A stretch of DNA of 64,000 nucleotides, from assembly GCA_964016885.1 (NCBI GenBank), contig OZ024748.1:744001-808000 (forward strand), read 5' to 3'. The DNA comes from Eledone cirrhosa. Its lineage: Eukaryota. The translations under genes were made by a program, and so were the position numbers. How positions within the stretch are numbered: the stretch's first letter is position 1; every line of letters starts with the position of its first letter. Positions 28,016 through 46,632 of the stretch are shown one piece after another. The notes beneath the pieces are model-generated. The model was not told the origin of the DNA. It did no database searches and saw nothing but the letters and a program-made list of their open reading frames with translations.

Positions 28016-28468
28016 ATTAAACAAATGGAAATTACATTTATAAAACCATACTTATTTCATTATATATATTTCAGGGATATCATATTAAAAATATGGTATG
28101 CCCTCTTCAGATAAAATACAATATATAGACAGCTTTATAAATAAATTTGACATACCTTAGAGTTCACAACTTCCATTTAAAAAGTTATTACGGTAGTGAA
28201 AATGTTAAGGACGGTTAGAAAGAAAGACGGAGAGAAAAAAGGAGAAAAGAAAAAGAAAGAGCGGAAGGTGAAGAAGATGAAGAAATGTATGTAAAGAGAA
28301 AATCACCAAATGAGAGATCTATGAGGGAAGGGGGTACTGTAATTATTCATTTGTTTATTTATTTATTTAGTGTTAAGGATACGGGGAGAAATAAAAACAA
28401 AATAAAGAGAGGTAGATCGAGTAATATCTATTATACGAGGTGGGAGAGATAGATATAGATAGATATAG

Positions 28469-28470
<2 letters not shown>
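28015..28470 (-). mobile_element. Non-coding Penelope-like (pLTR-like) remnant between (TA)n arrays
   Basis: Pyrimidine-rich tract (on - strand) followed by a hammerhead; bounded by TA microsatellite on both sides. Confidence 0.55.
28053..28118 (-). ncRNA. Minimal type I hammerhead ribozyme (Penelope-type)
   Basis: UAUUUUAU-CUGAAGA-GGGCAUACCAUAUU(UUU)AAUAUGAUAUCCCU-GAAA-UAUAUA-UA-AUGAAAUA: 8-bp stem I, ~12-bp stem II, palindromic UAUAUA in stem/loop III, AUA site between 28061 and 28060. Confidence 0.85.
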
Positions 28471-30410
<1,940 letters not shown>

Positions 30411-30990
30411 ATTTCGTTTCTGAATTTGTTTAGCAAGATTCTTTATCTGAAATCGTGTGTTGAAACCGATATTGTTATACTTTGGGAGGGTCATGTTGCC
30501 AATAAGAAACACACGCACCAGTTGCTTTCACTTTAATTTATTATATATTTATAAATTTACAAATTTATAAATTTCTGGTTGGTTGGTTGGTTCCACAACC
30601 AGATAGTTGTTTATATATATATAGTCATAGTTCTTTCGTCACACACTCTGTGACCTCTTCAGTGACTGGGGATTTCTTTCTTCGTTTCTGTGCCTTTCCT
30701 TTCTTCTATCCTACGCCATTTTGTTTGTGTGTGGGTTGCGTGCTCAGTTTGCGCATGCGCCACATCCGGGTGTCTGTGTGTGTTTGTGTTCATTTTTCTA
30801 TTTTTCTATTTATATTTTTCTATTTGTTTGTTTATTTATTTATTTATTGTTGGTTGGTTGTTTGTTCTATGTGTGTGTGAAATTTATAAATTTGTAAATT
30901 TATAAATATATAATAAATTAAATTGAAGTGAAAGCAACTGGTGCGTGTGTTTCTTATTGGCAACATGACCCTCCCAAAGTATAACAATAT
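30411..30990 (-). mobile_element. Inverted-repeat Penelope-like element, copy 1, with internal hammerhead
   Basis: Inverted arms 30469-30575 / 30879-30990; 58-bp unpaired extension 30411-30468; flanked by (TA)n; homologous to 52822-53275. Confidence 0.8.
30623..30667 (-). ncRNA. Minimal type I hammerhead ribozyme motif
   Basis: AGUCA-CUGAAGA-G-GUCACA(GAGUG)UGUGAC-GAAA-GAAC-UA-UGACU: 5-bp stem I, 6-bp stem II with one extra G, CUA site between 30628 and 30627. Confidence 0.75.
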
Positions 30991-34236
<3,246 letters not shown>

Positions 34237-35946
34237 TCACTTTCGCCAATCCACCGCTGCTTCAATTATTCCTACTACGGTGTACTTATGTAAATCGTAA
34301 AGTACAAATTTTTCCTCCATCTATTCCACGCTCAATTTTCGTACATAGTCCAAACATCCAATCTCGCAAAATCCGAAATCTGTATTTTTTGTTATCTATT
34401 TAAGGTTTAAATACGGTGTTTTTGTCGTATTGAACAGAACAAATCTTGCAGTTTTGCTTTTTGTTAAATCGCTTGTTAAACATTCATAACCTTCCAGCTA
34501 GCTACCCCACACCCCTCCCACCCGCCCCCACACACCACCATACTTAATACGTGGACCAATCATAAGCCAGAGCCCCCCCCCCCACGCATCACCATTATTA
34601 TTATTATAAGCCAGAGCCCCCCCCACCCCCACGCATCACCATTATTATTATTACGCGGACCAATCATAAGCCAGAGGCCTATACTATCGCTTGCCCGGTT
34701 GCCTTCGATATATGATGGATGGATGGATGGATGGACGGACTGCGGAATCCTGGAGAGTGGAAGGGAGAGAAAAATCTGGACGCTCAGAGCGAAAATGCCA
34801 AAGTTAAAGTCAAATTCACCTCGTGGACGAGAATGCGAGCACTCCTCTTTGTTTCGTCCGCGGATGGCTAACGTAACCCTATCTCCCCCCGCCCCCCACC
34901 ACCCCCACCCTCCAAACGCAACCCAAAACTTCAGAGTTGGTACCATAAATGTAGGCACCCTAAAGGGTCGCGCTAACGAGGTTGTAGAAATGCTTGAACG
35001 TAAGGAGGTCGATGTTTGTTGTATTCAAGAGACCAGGTGGAGGGGTGGGTCTGCTAGATTCATTGAGGGTAACAAACGATGTTATAAGCTTTTCTGGGTG
35101 GGAAACGACGCTGGGCTGGGTGGAGTAGGAATCATGGTAGCAGAAAAGTGGGCAGATAAGATAATAGACGTAAATAGAGTGAACGACAGAATAATTAAAA
35201 TAAGACTTGTCCTCAATAAAACTACGGTGACAGTAATATCTGCGTACGCACCCCAATCCGGACTGCCCGGCACTATAAAAGACAGATTCTATGAGACACT
35301 GTTGCTAACTACCTCCCAAATATCTGACAGTGACTATATAATTATTGCAGGCGACCTAAATGGTCACGTTGGACAACATTGTGACGGCTACGACAAAATC
35401 CATGGAGGCTATGGGTTTGGTACTAGAAATGAGGAAGGCTCCAGAATCCTGGAATTCTGTGATGCAAATAACCTAACTATCTGTAACACTAACTTCAAAA
35501 AACGTGACAATCACCTGATCACCTATAGATCAGGGGAACACACAAGCCAGGTAGATTATATCCTTACCAGAAGACGTGACAGAGTGTCTGTTGTAAACAC
35601 TAAATCCCTCCCCCATGAAGAATGCACCTCCCAACATAGACTGATAATTAGCGACCTCATAGTCAGGACGAGACGTACTCGACAGCAGAAGAGGACTATC
35701 CTCAGGAGGAAAATATGGAAACTAAAGGACCCCACAGCCAGAAATAAATTTCAAAGCATATTATTTGATGCTTTCGACAGTAAGGAAGAGCATCTAGAAT
35801 CGGACAATATAGAGGGACAGTGGGAATTTCTGAAAGCAAACCTGCTGTTGGCAAAAGACGAAGTCTGTGGCTGGAGCAGGCCTGTAAGCAGGAGGAGAGT
35901 AACTTGGTGGTGGAACAGTAGGGTGGAGGGGTCAATTAAGGCCAAA
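34237..35946 (+). mobile_element. RTE-clade LINE, 5' portion (3'-truncated); 5' boundary approximate
   Basis: Leader with short repeats (GGACCAATCATAAGCCAGAG units, GGAT tract) followed by an open APE endonuclease ORF. Confidence 0.9.
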
Positions 35947-35982
35947 GAGATAGTTTTTAAATATATCTCCTCTCAGTTATAA
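34795..35982 (+). CDS. RTE LINE apurinic/apyrimidinic-like endonuclease domain; ORF truncated before the RT; start codon uncertain
   Basis: Motifs GTINVGTL, IQETRW, SAYAPQ, AGDLNGHVG, VDYIL, SQHRL, then TWWWN; no internal stops; residues after ...IKAK are non-homologous. Confidence 0.85.
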   Translation: MPKLKSNSPRGRECEHSSLFRPRMANVTLSPPAPHHPHPPNATQNFRVGTINVGTLKGRANEVVEMLERKEVDVCCIQETRWRGGSARFIEGNKRCYKLFWVGNDAGLGGVGIMVAEKWADKIIDVNRVNDRIIKIRLVLNKTTVTVISAYAPQSGLPGTIKDRFYETLLLTTSQISDSDYIIIAGDLNGHVGQHCDGYDKIHGGYGFGTRNEEGSRILEFCDANNLTICNTNFKKRDNHLITYRSGEHTSQVDYILTRRRDRVSVVNTKSLPHEECTSQHRLIISDLIVRTRRTRQQKRTILRRKIWKLKDPTARNKFQSILFDAFDSKEEHLESDNIEGQWEFLKANLLLAKDEVCGWSRPVSRRRVTWWWNSRVEGSIKAKEIVFKYISSQL

Positions 35983-36267
35983 AAACTATCTCTTTCTCTC
36001 TATCACCCATCTCTCCCTCTCATCTCCTTCCCTTTTCACCCCCCCCCTCTCTAAATAAAATATTTTTCCCAATATCACACATCAATCTAAAACCACTTTT
36101 CATATGTTGATTTAAAACTGCACTATCAACAAGTGTTTTTTAGCCTTCATATCATGTTCTCCTGTTTTATCTGATGAAAACACAAATATTATTGCTTGAT
36201 GATGTTTGTTTTTGAAATGCGCATAATAAAATATATAGAACTCCTTTAACCATCTTTTGATCTTATA
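35944..36267 (+). mobile_element. Penelope-like remnant abutting the truncated RTE
   Basis: 16-bp inverted repeat 35944-35959/35980-35995, pyrimidine tract, hammerhead at 36163-36233, then (TA)n. Confidence 0.6.
36163..36233 (+). ncRNA. Minimal type I hammerhead ribozyme (Penelope-type)
   Basis: UGUUUUAU-CUGAUGA-AAACACAAAUAUUAU(UGCUUG)AUGAUGUUUGUUUUU-GAAA-UGCGCA-UA-AUAAAAUA: 8-bp stem I, ~14-bp stem II, palindromic UGCGCA, AUA site after 36225. Confidence 0.85.
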
Positions 36268-36970
<703 letters not shown>

Positions 36971-37317
36971 ACACACATCTTTCTCTTACTATCTCACTCT
37001 GTTCTTGCGTATTATGAAGATGGAAGGAAGGAAAAAAAAAATCAATTCAACACGTACTCATGCACACACTTGTTCTCTTTCACTAGAATTCATAATAGCC
37101 AAACGTTTATCAAGTCAATAAGACCCCCCCCCGCCCCTCTTTCTCTCACTCTCTCTCTTTCTCCCCCCTCTCTCTCTCTCAAATGAACTATAATAATGTA
37201 TTACATAAAATGAAATAGGAACTCCAGCTGAACAAATTATAAAAGATATAAGTGAATTAAAAAAAAAAATAATATTGAAATGTATAAATTGTAACTAAAG
37301 AAACAAGCAATTACTAA

Positions 37318-37351
<34 letters not shown>

Positions 37352-37445
37352 CTATATATATATATAGGGTGTCCCCCAAAATGTATACACATTTATTACA
37401 ATGTTGTTGAAATGTGTATACATTATTTTGAGGCCAACCTGTATA

Positions 37446-37494
<49 letters not shown>

Positions 37495-37928
37495 AATTAG
37501 TATATCTAGTAACATATATATACACAGATGCATACTTATGCTAGCAAATGTATAGGTTTTGTCTTAGTAACTTTGTGGTTCAATGCATGGGGATGCAGAA
37601 CAATAATATGAGAGACGTAAAATAAGAAAATTATAAAATTAACTTACTTACTAAAATTTCACTCCAACTAATTAGTTTCTGAAAGGGAATAAACATATAT
37701 ATATATAACTTTATAGAGCTAAATATTGATATATATAACCCATGCTAGTATGGAAGAATGGACGTAAAACGATGATGATGATAACATTATACATAGAGCT
37801 ACATATTGATATTCATACATGCGTAAATATATATATATATATATAGAGAGAGAGATATTGATATTTATACATGCATATGTATATATTATATATAACATTA
37901 TATATAGAGCTAGATATTGATATTATAC

Positions 37929-37965
<37 letters not shown>

Positions 37966-38175
37966 CACATTTCATCATCATAATTTAATACGGATGTTAG
38001 GTATGTGTGTCTAGATATATATATGTATATATATCCTTGCTAGCGAAGAAAGCGGTCGTTAAAACAACAATGATGATGATGCATATAGATATCTATATAT
38101 ACATACATGGGAATACAGTGTTCTTGTTTGGAAAACCAGGAAAACAAGTCAACGCATGTTAATGCTAAAGTGCAG

Positions 38176-38733
<558 letters not shown>

Positions 38734-38740
38734 ATATATA

Positions 38741-41255
38741 CAGTGGGTCCTCGATATATGGTAGTTCTTTATCCAGTAAATTCAGATACGGTTTTGGGTA
38801 ATTACTACCATCAATTTTATTTACGGTAAAAAAAATTCACAGATACTGTTTTTGCTCGTGTTTTGTTTATATTGTACCGTAGCGCCACCTGTAGTAAGCA
38901 ATAAATTCCCTCTTGAATTCGTGGAAACTGACTGCTATTCGAATTCTAGGAAAATTGTGTTACTACTGCTATCGTAACTACTGCTATCGTACTAACTGAC
39001 CTTACCGAGAAACTGGCCAATCACGAGCGAGTTCAGATATCGTTTGATGACGTCATAATTCTTAACTGATCATTTCAGTTCGGCAAACTAGCGTGTCCTC
39101 TCAGTGAGAGAATTTTTGCTGAACTGAAGTGATCAGTTAAGAGTTATGACGTCATTCAAAGTAAGAGAAAACCCGACGGCGTGTTTTTGGAGCATAATTA
39201 TCATGGCATATTTTATAACCCCATATCTCATGGCCCCAAAACGACCTGCGAATATTGCTGATGCAGATGGAAAGGCCAAACGCATGAGGAAGAGCCTGAC
39301 TTTAGAGATAAAGTTGGACATTTTGAAAAGGAAGGAACAGGGGCAAGGTACGTCCGCCATAAGTCGTAACTTAGGCCTAGCCCAGTCTACAGTCTGGACT
39401 GTTTTAAAAAATAGTGAGGCTGTCAAAAAAGCTGTGGAGAATGCTGCGAGTCTACAGAGTAAATTGTTGACCAAACATCGTGAGCCGATTATGGATAGGA
39501 TGGAAAGGTTGCTCAAAATTTGGATCGACGACCAATATTGTCAAAATATGCCTCTGTCTTTAAATGTAATCAGTGAGAAAGCATTGTCCATTATTGACAG
39601 GCTCAAGACTGAAATGGGGGTCGAGGACTTTGTATTCAAGGCAAGCAAAGGCTGGTTTGATAAGTTCAAACGACATTTGAGTCTTCACAACATAAAAGTT
39701 ACAGGTGAGGCTGCCAGTTCCGACAAAGAGAGTGCTGAAAAATTCAAGGCAGAGTTAGAGAAATGCATTGCAGAGAAGGGGTACAGCAAAAAACAGGTTA
39801 TTAATTATGATGAAACAGGATTTTATTGGAAAAAGATGACCAGTAATACTTATATTGACAAGGAGGAGAAAAGTGCGAAGGGGTTCAAAGCCTCAAAGGA
39901 CCGTGTTACTCTGTTACTTGGAGGGAGTGCAGAAGGAGATTTAAAGCTAAAGCCACTCATTATCTTCCATTCTGAAACTCCAAGAGCACTCAAGGTGTTA
40001 CTTAAGCAATAGCTACCAGTGATATGGAAGTCTAATAAGAAGACATGGCTGATCACTTCAATTCACCAGGATTTTTTCACCTCATATCTGTCACCAACCC
40101 TTAACGAATATGCATTAGCTAACAACATTGCCAACCGCTTTCTGCTATTAGTGGACAACACCCCCAGCCACCATGGGCAATGGAAGACTGGTCAGAAAAT
40201 ATTGAGGTTTTGTTTCTCCCTCCAAACACCACAGCTCTCATTCAGCCGATGGATCAAACAGTCATCAAAACATTTAAGGGGTACTACCAGCGGAGAACCA
40301 TGCAGCAGCCGATAAAGGGCACAGATGGGCCTGACAAGCCCACGTTCAGGGAATGGTGGAAATTGTACATCATCAAGCATGGCTTAGACAACATCAAGGC
40401 ATCTTGGGAAGAAGTGAAGCAGTCTATCATGAACTTGGCCTGGAAGAAATTATGGCCAGCATGTGTGAATGACTTCCAAGGCTTTGCTGAGGACATTGGT
40501 GCGATAAAAACGATATTGTAAATCTCTGCCATAGAGCAGGCTTCGATGGTGTTAATGATGATGTGCAAGACCTTTTGGAAAGCCACGCTGAACCACTCTC
40601 CAATGATGAACTCATAGAACTAGACAAGGAGATACAGGAAACAGAAAAAGAAGAGGAGGGGGAAGAAGAACCTGTGTGTGGCTTGGACATAAAAACTCTA
40701 AGAGAATGTCTCGGGAGTATCGAAACAATCTTAGAAACCTTGAAGCAGCATGACCCCAACCCTGCTAGGAGCAGCAAAGTGGCTCAAGACGTCGAGAAAA
40801 GTGTCAAGATTTACCAAGAAATGTATGAAGCCAAACGAAACACCGCCAAACAGTCCTCCATCTACTCTTTCTTCAAGCCAGTCACACCTGCCAACCGTGC
40901 TACAGCTGGCCCTTCAACATCCACTACAGTCAATGAGTTTGTTGGTTTTGAGCGTCCCACATCACCCTCATCCTCCCCTGCCAACTCAGCCCAAGATGAG
41001 TAAGTGCTGAAACCCATACTGTCCCTTAGCCTCGGGAGGGACAAATGAAGTGGCACATCATCTGATGGACTACGCGCCATGTGCAAGGTACAGTAAATAA
41101 AAAAAAACATTATTTCTTTTCTGTAGGGATGACTTTTTCTATGTGCTGGAACGCATCCCTATCTATTTCATGTTATAATGGATTCTTTATACGGTAATTC
41201 AATATACGGTAAGGGTTTCAGGAACGCATATATACCGTATATCGAGGACTCACTG
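38741..41255 (+). mobile_element. Full-length Tigger/pogo-family DNA transposon (2515 bp)
   Basis: 23-bp TIRs CAGTGGGTCCTCGATATATGGTA / TACCGTATATCGAGGACTCACTG (2 mismatches), TA on both sides, internal transposase. Confidence 0.95.
39230..41003 (+). pseudogene. Tigger/pogo transposase (psq and CENP-B-type HTH + DDD domain), disrupted
   Basis: MAPKRP start, RKSLTLEIKLDIL, FKASKGWFDKFKRH, NYDETG, LLVDN, FLPPNTTALIQPMDQ; TAG at 40010-40012 and frameshifts near 40170 and 40520. Confidence 0.92.
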
Positions 41256-42619
41256 TATATATATATATATATATATGGTTTTATATATAAATGTGGTTTT
41301 ATTCCTCTGGAGGGCCTTCTATGTGGAGGTTAAATCTTCTACATGTTAATTAGTTACACACTCTATCTCTGAGAATTTCATTAAGGGTGTGTACATGTGT
41401 CTGTGGAATACTCAGCTACTTTCACATTAATTTAATAAATACGCTGTTCCGTTGTACAAACAACTGGAACACTCATTATTAAAATGGATAGAATTCTGGT
41501 AACAATTTAACCCTTTCATTATAATATTTCTAACGAACTCCCCCTGAGAATTAGATTAAGTGTCCATGTGTCATTCCATGTGGAATGCTCAGCCACTTAT
41601 ATATTAATTTAATGAGTAGGCCATTATATTGAGCAACCAACTGAAATGCCTGTCGTTGAAACCAATCGATGTCCATAATTGATTAAATTAATTAAATTTC
41701 CTTATTTAATCCTTTCATTATCATATTTCTAATAAGCGACATTGCTTATAATTTACAAATAATTTTGAAAATAATAAAATATTGTTTGGGGAATACGGCA
41801 GTTTTTTTTACATAAAATTATGACAGGAAGTTTTTAGATAAATATAAATAAATATAAAGACTTTAATACAACCAATTTTGTATGATGGGACCACAGGTGG
41901 TTTATTATCTAGGTGTTGAATTAACTGTATCTCCTTGGTTAAGAAAAATAAAAATAAAAATAAAAACAATATATACACACAGCATGTCAAACAGCTAACA
42001 TACCAACCAACACACCAACCAAACCAACACACCAGCATACCAACCAAGACATCAACCAAACCAACGCACCAACTAACCAACTCACCAGCCAACCAACCAG
42101 CACACCAACCAATCAACGTCATATAACTAATTAAAAGAAATGAATGCCCTATCTCTAAACTACAATAAACCATGTGCAGAAATGATAATCTTGAACTGAT
42201 AGTTTATCTCTCTATTAATGTTTGCATAAGCACACACTCTTGTTTAATGTTAACTGTAAATGTAACACAGTTTACTTGACACTGTACACATTCTAATTAA
42301 CTTTAGGTAGATGTATAAAACAATTAGTTTTAGACATTTCCATAAGTATTGCTAAGTAAAAATTTAATGTGACTGAGGTAAAATTAGTGTAACCTTTTTG
42401 TTAAACTTTTTCTAATAATTCACAGCCAAAGATTTTCAAATGATTTTGGAAATACAGAATTTGGGTGGATTTCGTATTATAGCAGACTTTCCCGTTTTTA
42501 AGCTTTCATTCTGAACATAGAGGTTCTTTAGATAAAATTATGATGGAAGGATTTGAGATAAATATAAACATTTTATAATAAACAGTTAATTTATCATAGA
42601 GCTAAGAGCAGTTTGGTGT

Positions 42620-43000
42620 CGAAAGTATTAAGTATATTATCCTGAACAAGAATAGGCTGGAAAAGGTTCAGGGTTTACTAACTTTGTTGGTAACGAAGGA
42701 ATTTTCACTCCAAGTGAAGGGTAGATTGTATGATGCCTATGTATGAAGTGCACTTTTCCATAAGATGGGACCATATGAAGGCTAGAAAAATTGAATTGAG
42801 CATGCTCTATTGAATGTATAATGTTAGTGTGCATAAACAATGAAGCACAGGCAAATTGAGAGAAAGACTAGGTTTAAGAGATGTTGCATGAAACAGTAGG
42901 TTCAAAAGATTTTCATGCAAAAGAAAAGATTGCTCTGCTATGACCATGTAATGTATATAGATGTTGACTGTTGAGTTATGAAGTGCCATTTACAATGTAC
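42620..43000 (+). mobile_element. Degraded RTE fragment
   Basis: GAAGGAATTTTCACTCCAAGTGAAGGGTAGATTGTATGATGCC reads KEFSLQVKGRLYDA. Confidence 0.65.
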
Positions 43001-44307
43001 CATATATTTTGAATAAATGATTTGTAGGTGCACAGATCAAGGAAGCCAGTGTCACACCCTTCCATATGCTACATACATCCTGTTGAGAATATGTGCACTC
43101 TGCATCTCATGAGAGGGGACTAAAATGATTTAGCTGGGGAAAATGGCTTTAAAACACTAGCTGTTGTTATAAAATTAATCTGGCAGCCTGTGATGTTTTG
43201 CATAAGAAGTGTAATTTTAGTCCCTGTCACTGTCTATAGAATAGAATGATTAAAATGTTTGTTTAGTAATTTTTTGCCTGCCATGTAATTTACTGCATGT
43301 TATAATTCACAGTGAAGACTAAATAGGTCAACTAGTATATAGAAAAATCTCTGTCAATTGATAAATAAACACATCCAAAATAAGTTGTATAGACATGACT
43401 GTGTGTGTATATGTGTGTGAGTGTTTAAATAATAGTATATACGTACTTGTGTATAAGTTGCATCAGCATTTTACATAGAAAATTTACAATGTACCTTATA
43501 CTTTGAACGGAGACTGTAGGTTCAGTGGATAAGTTGCATCTTGTTTTTTCATGTCATATTTTTTTTGGGGGGGGGGGGGGGGGGACATGTACAATGTATA
43601 CAGAAGTGAGTGTATACAGTATAAAAAAATGGCAACAAGGAAAATAACACTAGAGAACAATACAGTACAATGGGTATCCTAAAAAAATGTATACACAACA
43701 AAATCTTTAAAAAAATGCATTAAAATAAATTCTGTTTTATATGCATTTTTGGCAGTATCGGTAGAGGGTCAGACACCATGTTTGCAGCAAAGAGTTATGG
43801 CCCTTTATGATCTGAGTTCAAATCCAGCCGAGGTTAACTTTACTTTTCATCCTTACGGGGTCGATTAAAGTACCAGTAATGCACTGGGGTAATTGCTGGC
43901 CTTGTGCTAAAAGTAGCAACAATTATTTAAACCATGTAAACATTTTTTGGTGTTTGCACACAATTGAATTATGTCTGTAGATCATTTTATTTTTGGGAAA
44001 GGCTGTGCATTCTAATAAATATTGCCTGTACAGGTAATCAAAATATGTATACATTATTTGGGGACACCCTGTATATATATATATATATATATATATATTA
44101 GTTTAACACTTGATATAATAGGAAAAGAGTTTTAACTTTTCGATCTTAGTCCTTTATCAGAAGATAGAATGACAGAGAAGAAGAAAGAGATAGATGAGAG
44201 TAAGAAAAGAGGAAAACCTATATATAGTTAGTCGACCATTTTGGAAAAGTGTAGTTTGGTCAGAATGCCACTCATATATTAAAGAATTTTAATATATATA
44301 TGTATAT

Positions 44308-44491
44308 AGCATGGTAAAAAGCACCCAGCACTCACTGTAAATGTGGGTGGTGTTAAGAAGGGCATACAGCCAGAAACAGTCCTATACAAGTGAGACACAG
44401 TCACCTGACCCAACTTGCCTCAAATGGGACAAACCCGTCTAACCCATGCTAGCGTGGAAGATGGATGTTAAACGATGATGATGATGATGAT
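44308..44491 (+). mobile_element. RTE 3'UTR/SINE tail; an antisense tail lies at ~44703-44895
   Basis: AAAAAGCACCCAGCACTCACTGTAAATG...CCCATGCTAGCGTGGAAGATGGATGTTAAACGATGATG. Confidence 0.85.
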
Positions 44492-46386
44492 ATAGCAATA
44501 GCTGTAGATGTTGAAAAGGAAAAAGGAAAACTGCTGAATCGGGAAGTGAGCAGAAATATATTATTTATGTTCATACGTGAATTAAAAACGCTTTCCAAGG
44601 TTTCCACAATGTTTCCACTTGTATTCTGTAGCTATGGTCAATATTGGGCCTTGAAACCTTGGATAATGTTTCTGTTCCATGTATGAACATAGATATATAT
44701 ATATCATCATCATCATCATCATTTCCGTTTAACCTTAATTTTTCCATGCTTGCATGGGTTAGGCGAGTCGTTCACACTGGGAGGCAAGTCTGGCCAGGGC
44801 TGGTCATGTGTCGCACTTTGCTCTGGCGAGGACTGTAAATTTGGCTGGGTATTTTACAGCTTGATGCCCTTCCTAACACGAACCATGTTTAGAGTGTGAA
44901 ACAATATATATATGCCAGCAGGGAAAACAGATGTTAAATGATGGTATATATACTGTTTATACTGTAAAGTCACACCTCATTTTACATATATTTCTAATGT
45001 ACCATATGTATTAAATTGAGGTTGTGTATGTACAGTGAAGTCACATGTTTGCTTTTCATGAATTTTCCTAGAAAAAACTGTGATTTATTCATGAGCATAT
45101 ATGCTAAAAACTGAGTAGTGCTCAGTATTGTTGCTGAAAAGTTAACTGAAAACCAAAATGACTTGCCAAATATATGATGAATGCAAAAGGGAATACCATT
45201 CTTTTTTTATTAACATATACACTCATGTATTATAAGTCAGGCCATTTATTATGCAAAAATCAATATCTACTAGACCTACAAAACCTTATATGTGAGTCAA
45301 TACTGAGCCAAGAGTGTATTGGAAATTGGGTTGTGATTTACACATGAGTATATGTATTTATATTTATATGGTGTTTACTAGTGACTTTGGAGTGACATTG
45401 AAACTTCTCTAAAATTTCTAGAATCTCCTGACAAGTAGCTATAGATATATCATATAGTATTGATTTTTGTTGTGATAAACGACAACACCAGCGTTTTGTT
45501 AAGGGGGAGAGTTAGGTAATCAATCTAGTTGACCTCAAGTACAGGCAGTGAATTGGCAAAGTCGTTTGAGCATAGGTCAATATATTTCTGCTGTATTTGT
45601 TTTGGCTCTTTTCTCCCTAGGTTCAAATCCTGTCACGGTCAACTTCACCTTTTATCTTTTCAGGGCTGATAAAATAAAATAGCAGTTCGTAGGAGTTAAC
45701 TGCTGGGATTGTTAACCTTTCTTTTACTATATTCTAATGAATTAATTAATGAAGAATTTGAGGGGATTTACTAAAATTATTGGAGACTCTGCAGAGGATT
45801 ATGGGTACTACCTGTTCCTTCTTGATTAAACAGTAAAAAAACAACAACAAAAAGGGGCTGACTTTTTTTTTTTCGTAATCACAACGGGATTTATTTATTA
45901 TAAAAATAATTCAAAGTTTGCTTATAGGTGTGTGTGAGTTCAATGTAAAGTTACTGTATTTCTTATGATGCACACACACACATATTTATGATGTGTGTGT
46001 ATGTGTATGTGTGAATAATATTTGAGAAAAAAGAAACAAGTAATATTAGCCTTAAGTATGGTTGGCAAAGAGTCTGGGAGTGTAAAAGATTAGATAGTTG
46101 TGAAGGCCACATATATAATGTTAGAATTAGTGTGAACATTGCACATTTTGTTATAAATTTGTTTGTTCTTATCCCTGACACCAACCCTGGGAATATTTGG
46201 TATGTGAATGACCCAGTTATTGTAAAATCTATTTTGTAGAAATTTAGAATCTTAATAGAGGAATGTGATAAACTCTAGACACTCTGCCTGAGCCTAACAT
46301 TTCTTTAGAATACAGAAGCTTATCAAAAGTTTCCTTTAGCACTTTTGATACGAAACTGCCTGAAAACACTCCTGGTTCTTTGATAC

Positions 46387-46632
46387 TTCTTCTATTCTTT
46401 GTCCATTTATTCCTGAGAGGGTCGTGGGAGCAGAGTCCTCAAACACTCTCTCAAGCAGGTCCTGTCAGAAGCAACTGTCTCCAGCTGATCCGGTAGGATT
46501 CCCAAGCATGACCAGCCAAGGTCATGGATGTTATCCAACTATCTTGCTCAGGGTCTAACCCCTGGGTCTCCTACCTGTTGGTTTTGCCTGCAAAATCTGT
46601 CCAGCAATTCTTTCCTGAACTGATTCAGCATT
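46387..46632 (-). mobile_element. 5'-truncated Expander/Rex3-like RTE 3' end with 14-bp target-site duplication
   Basis: TSD TGGTTCTTTGATAC at 46373-46386 and 46633-46646; - strand reads QILQAKPTGRRPRG..LDNIHDLGWSCLGILPDQLETVASDR..LRTLLPRP. Confidence 0.85.

Noticed and set aside
44112-44168. Minus-strand CTGATAA...GAAA hammerhead-like remnant
   Set aside because: Core mutated (GA->AA) and stems I and II do not pair convincingly; at most a decayed copy
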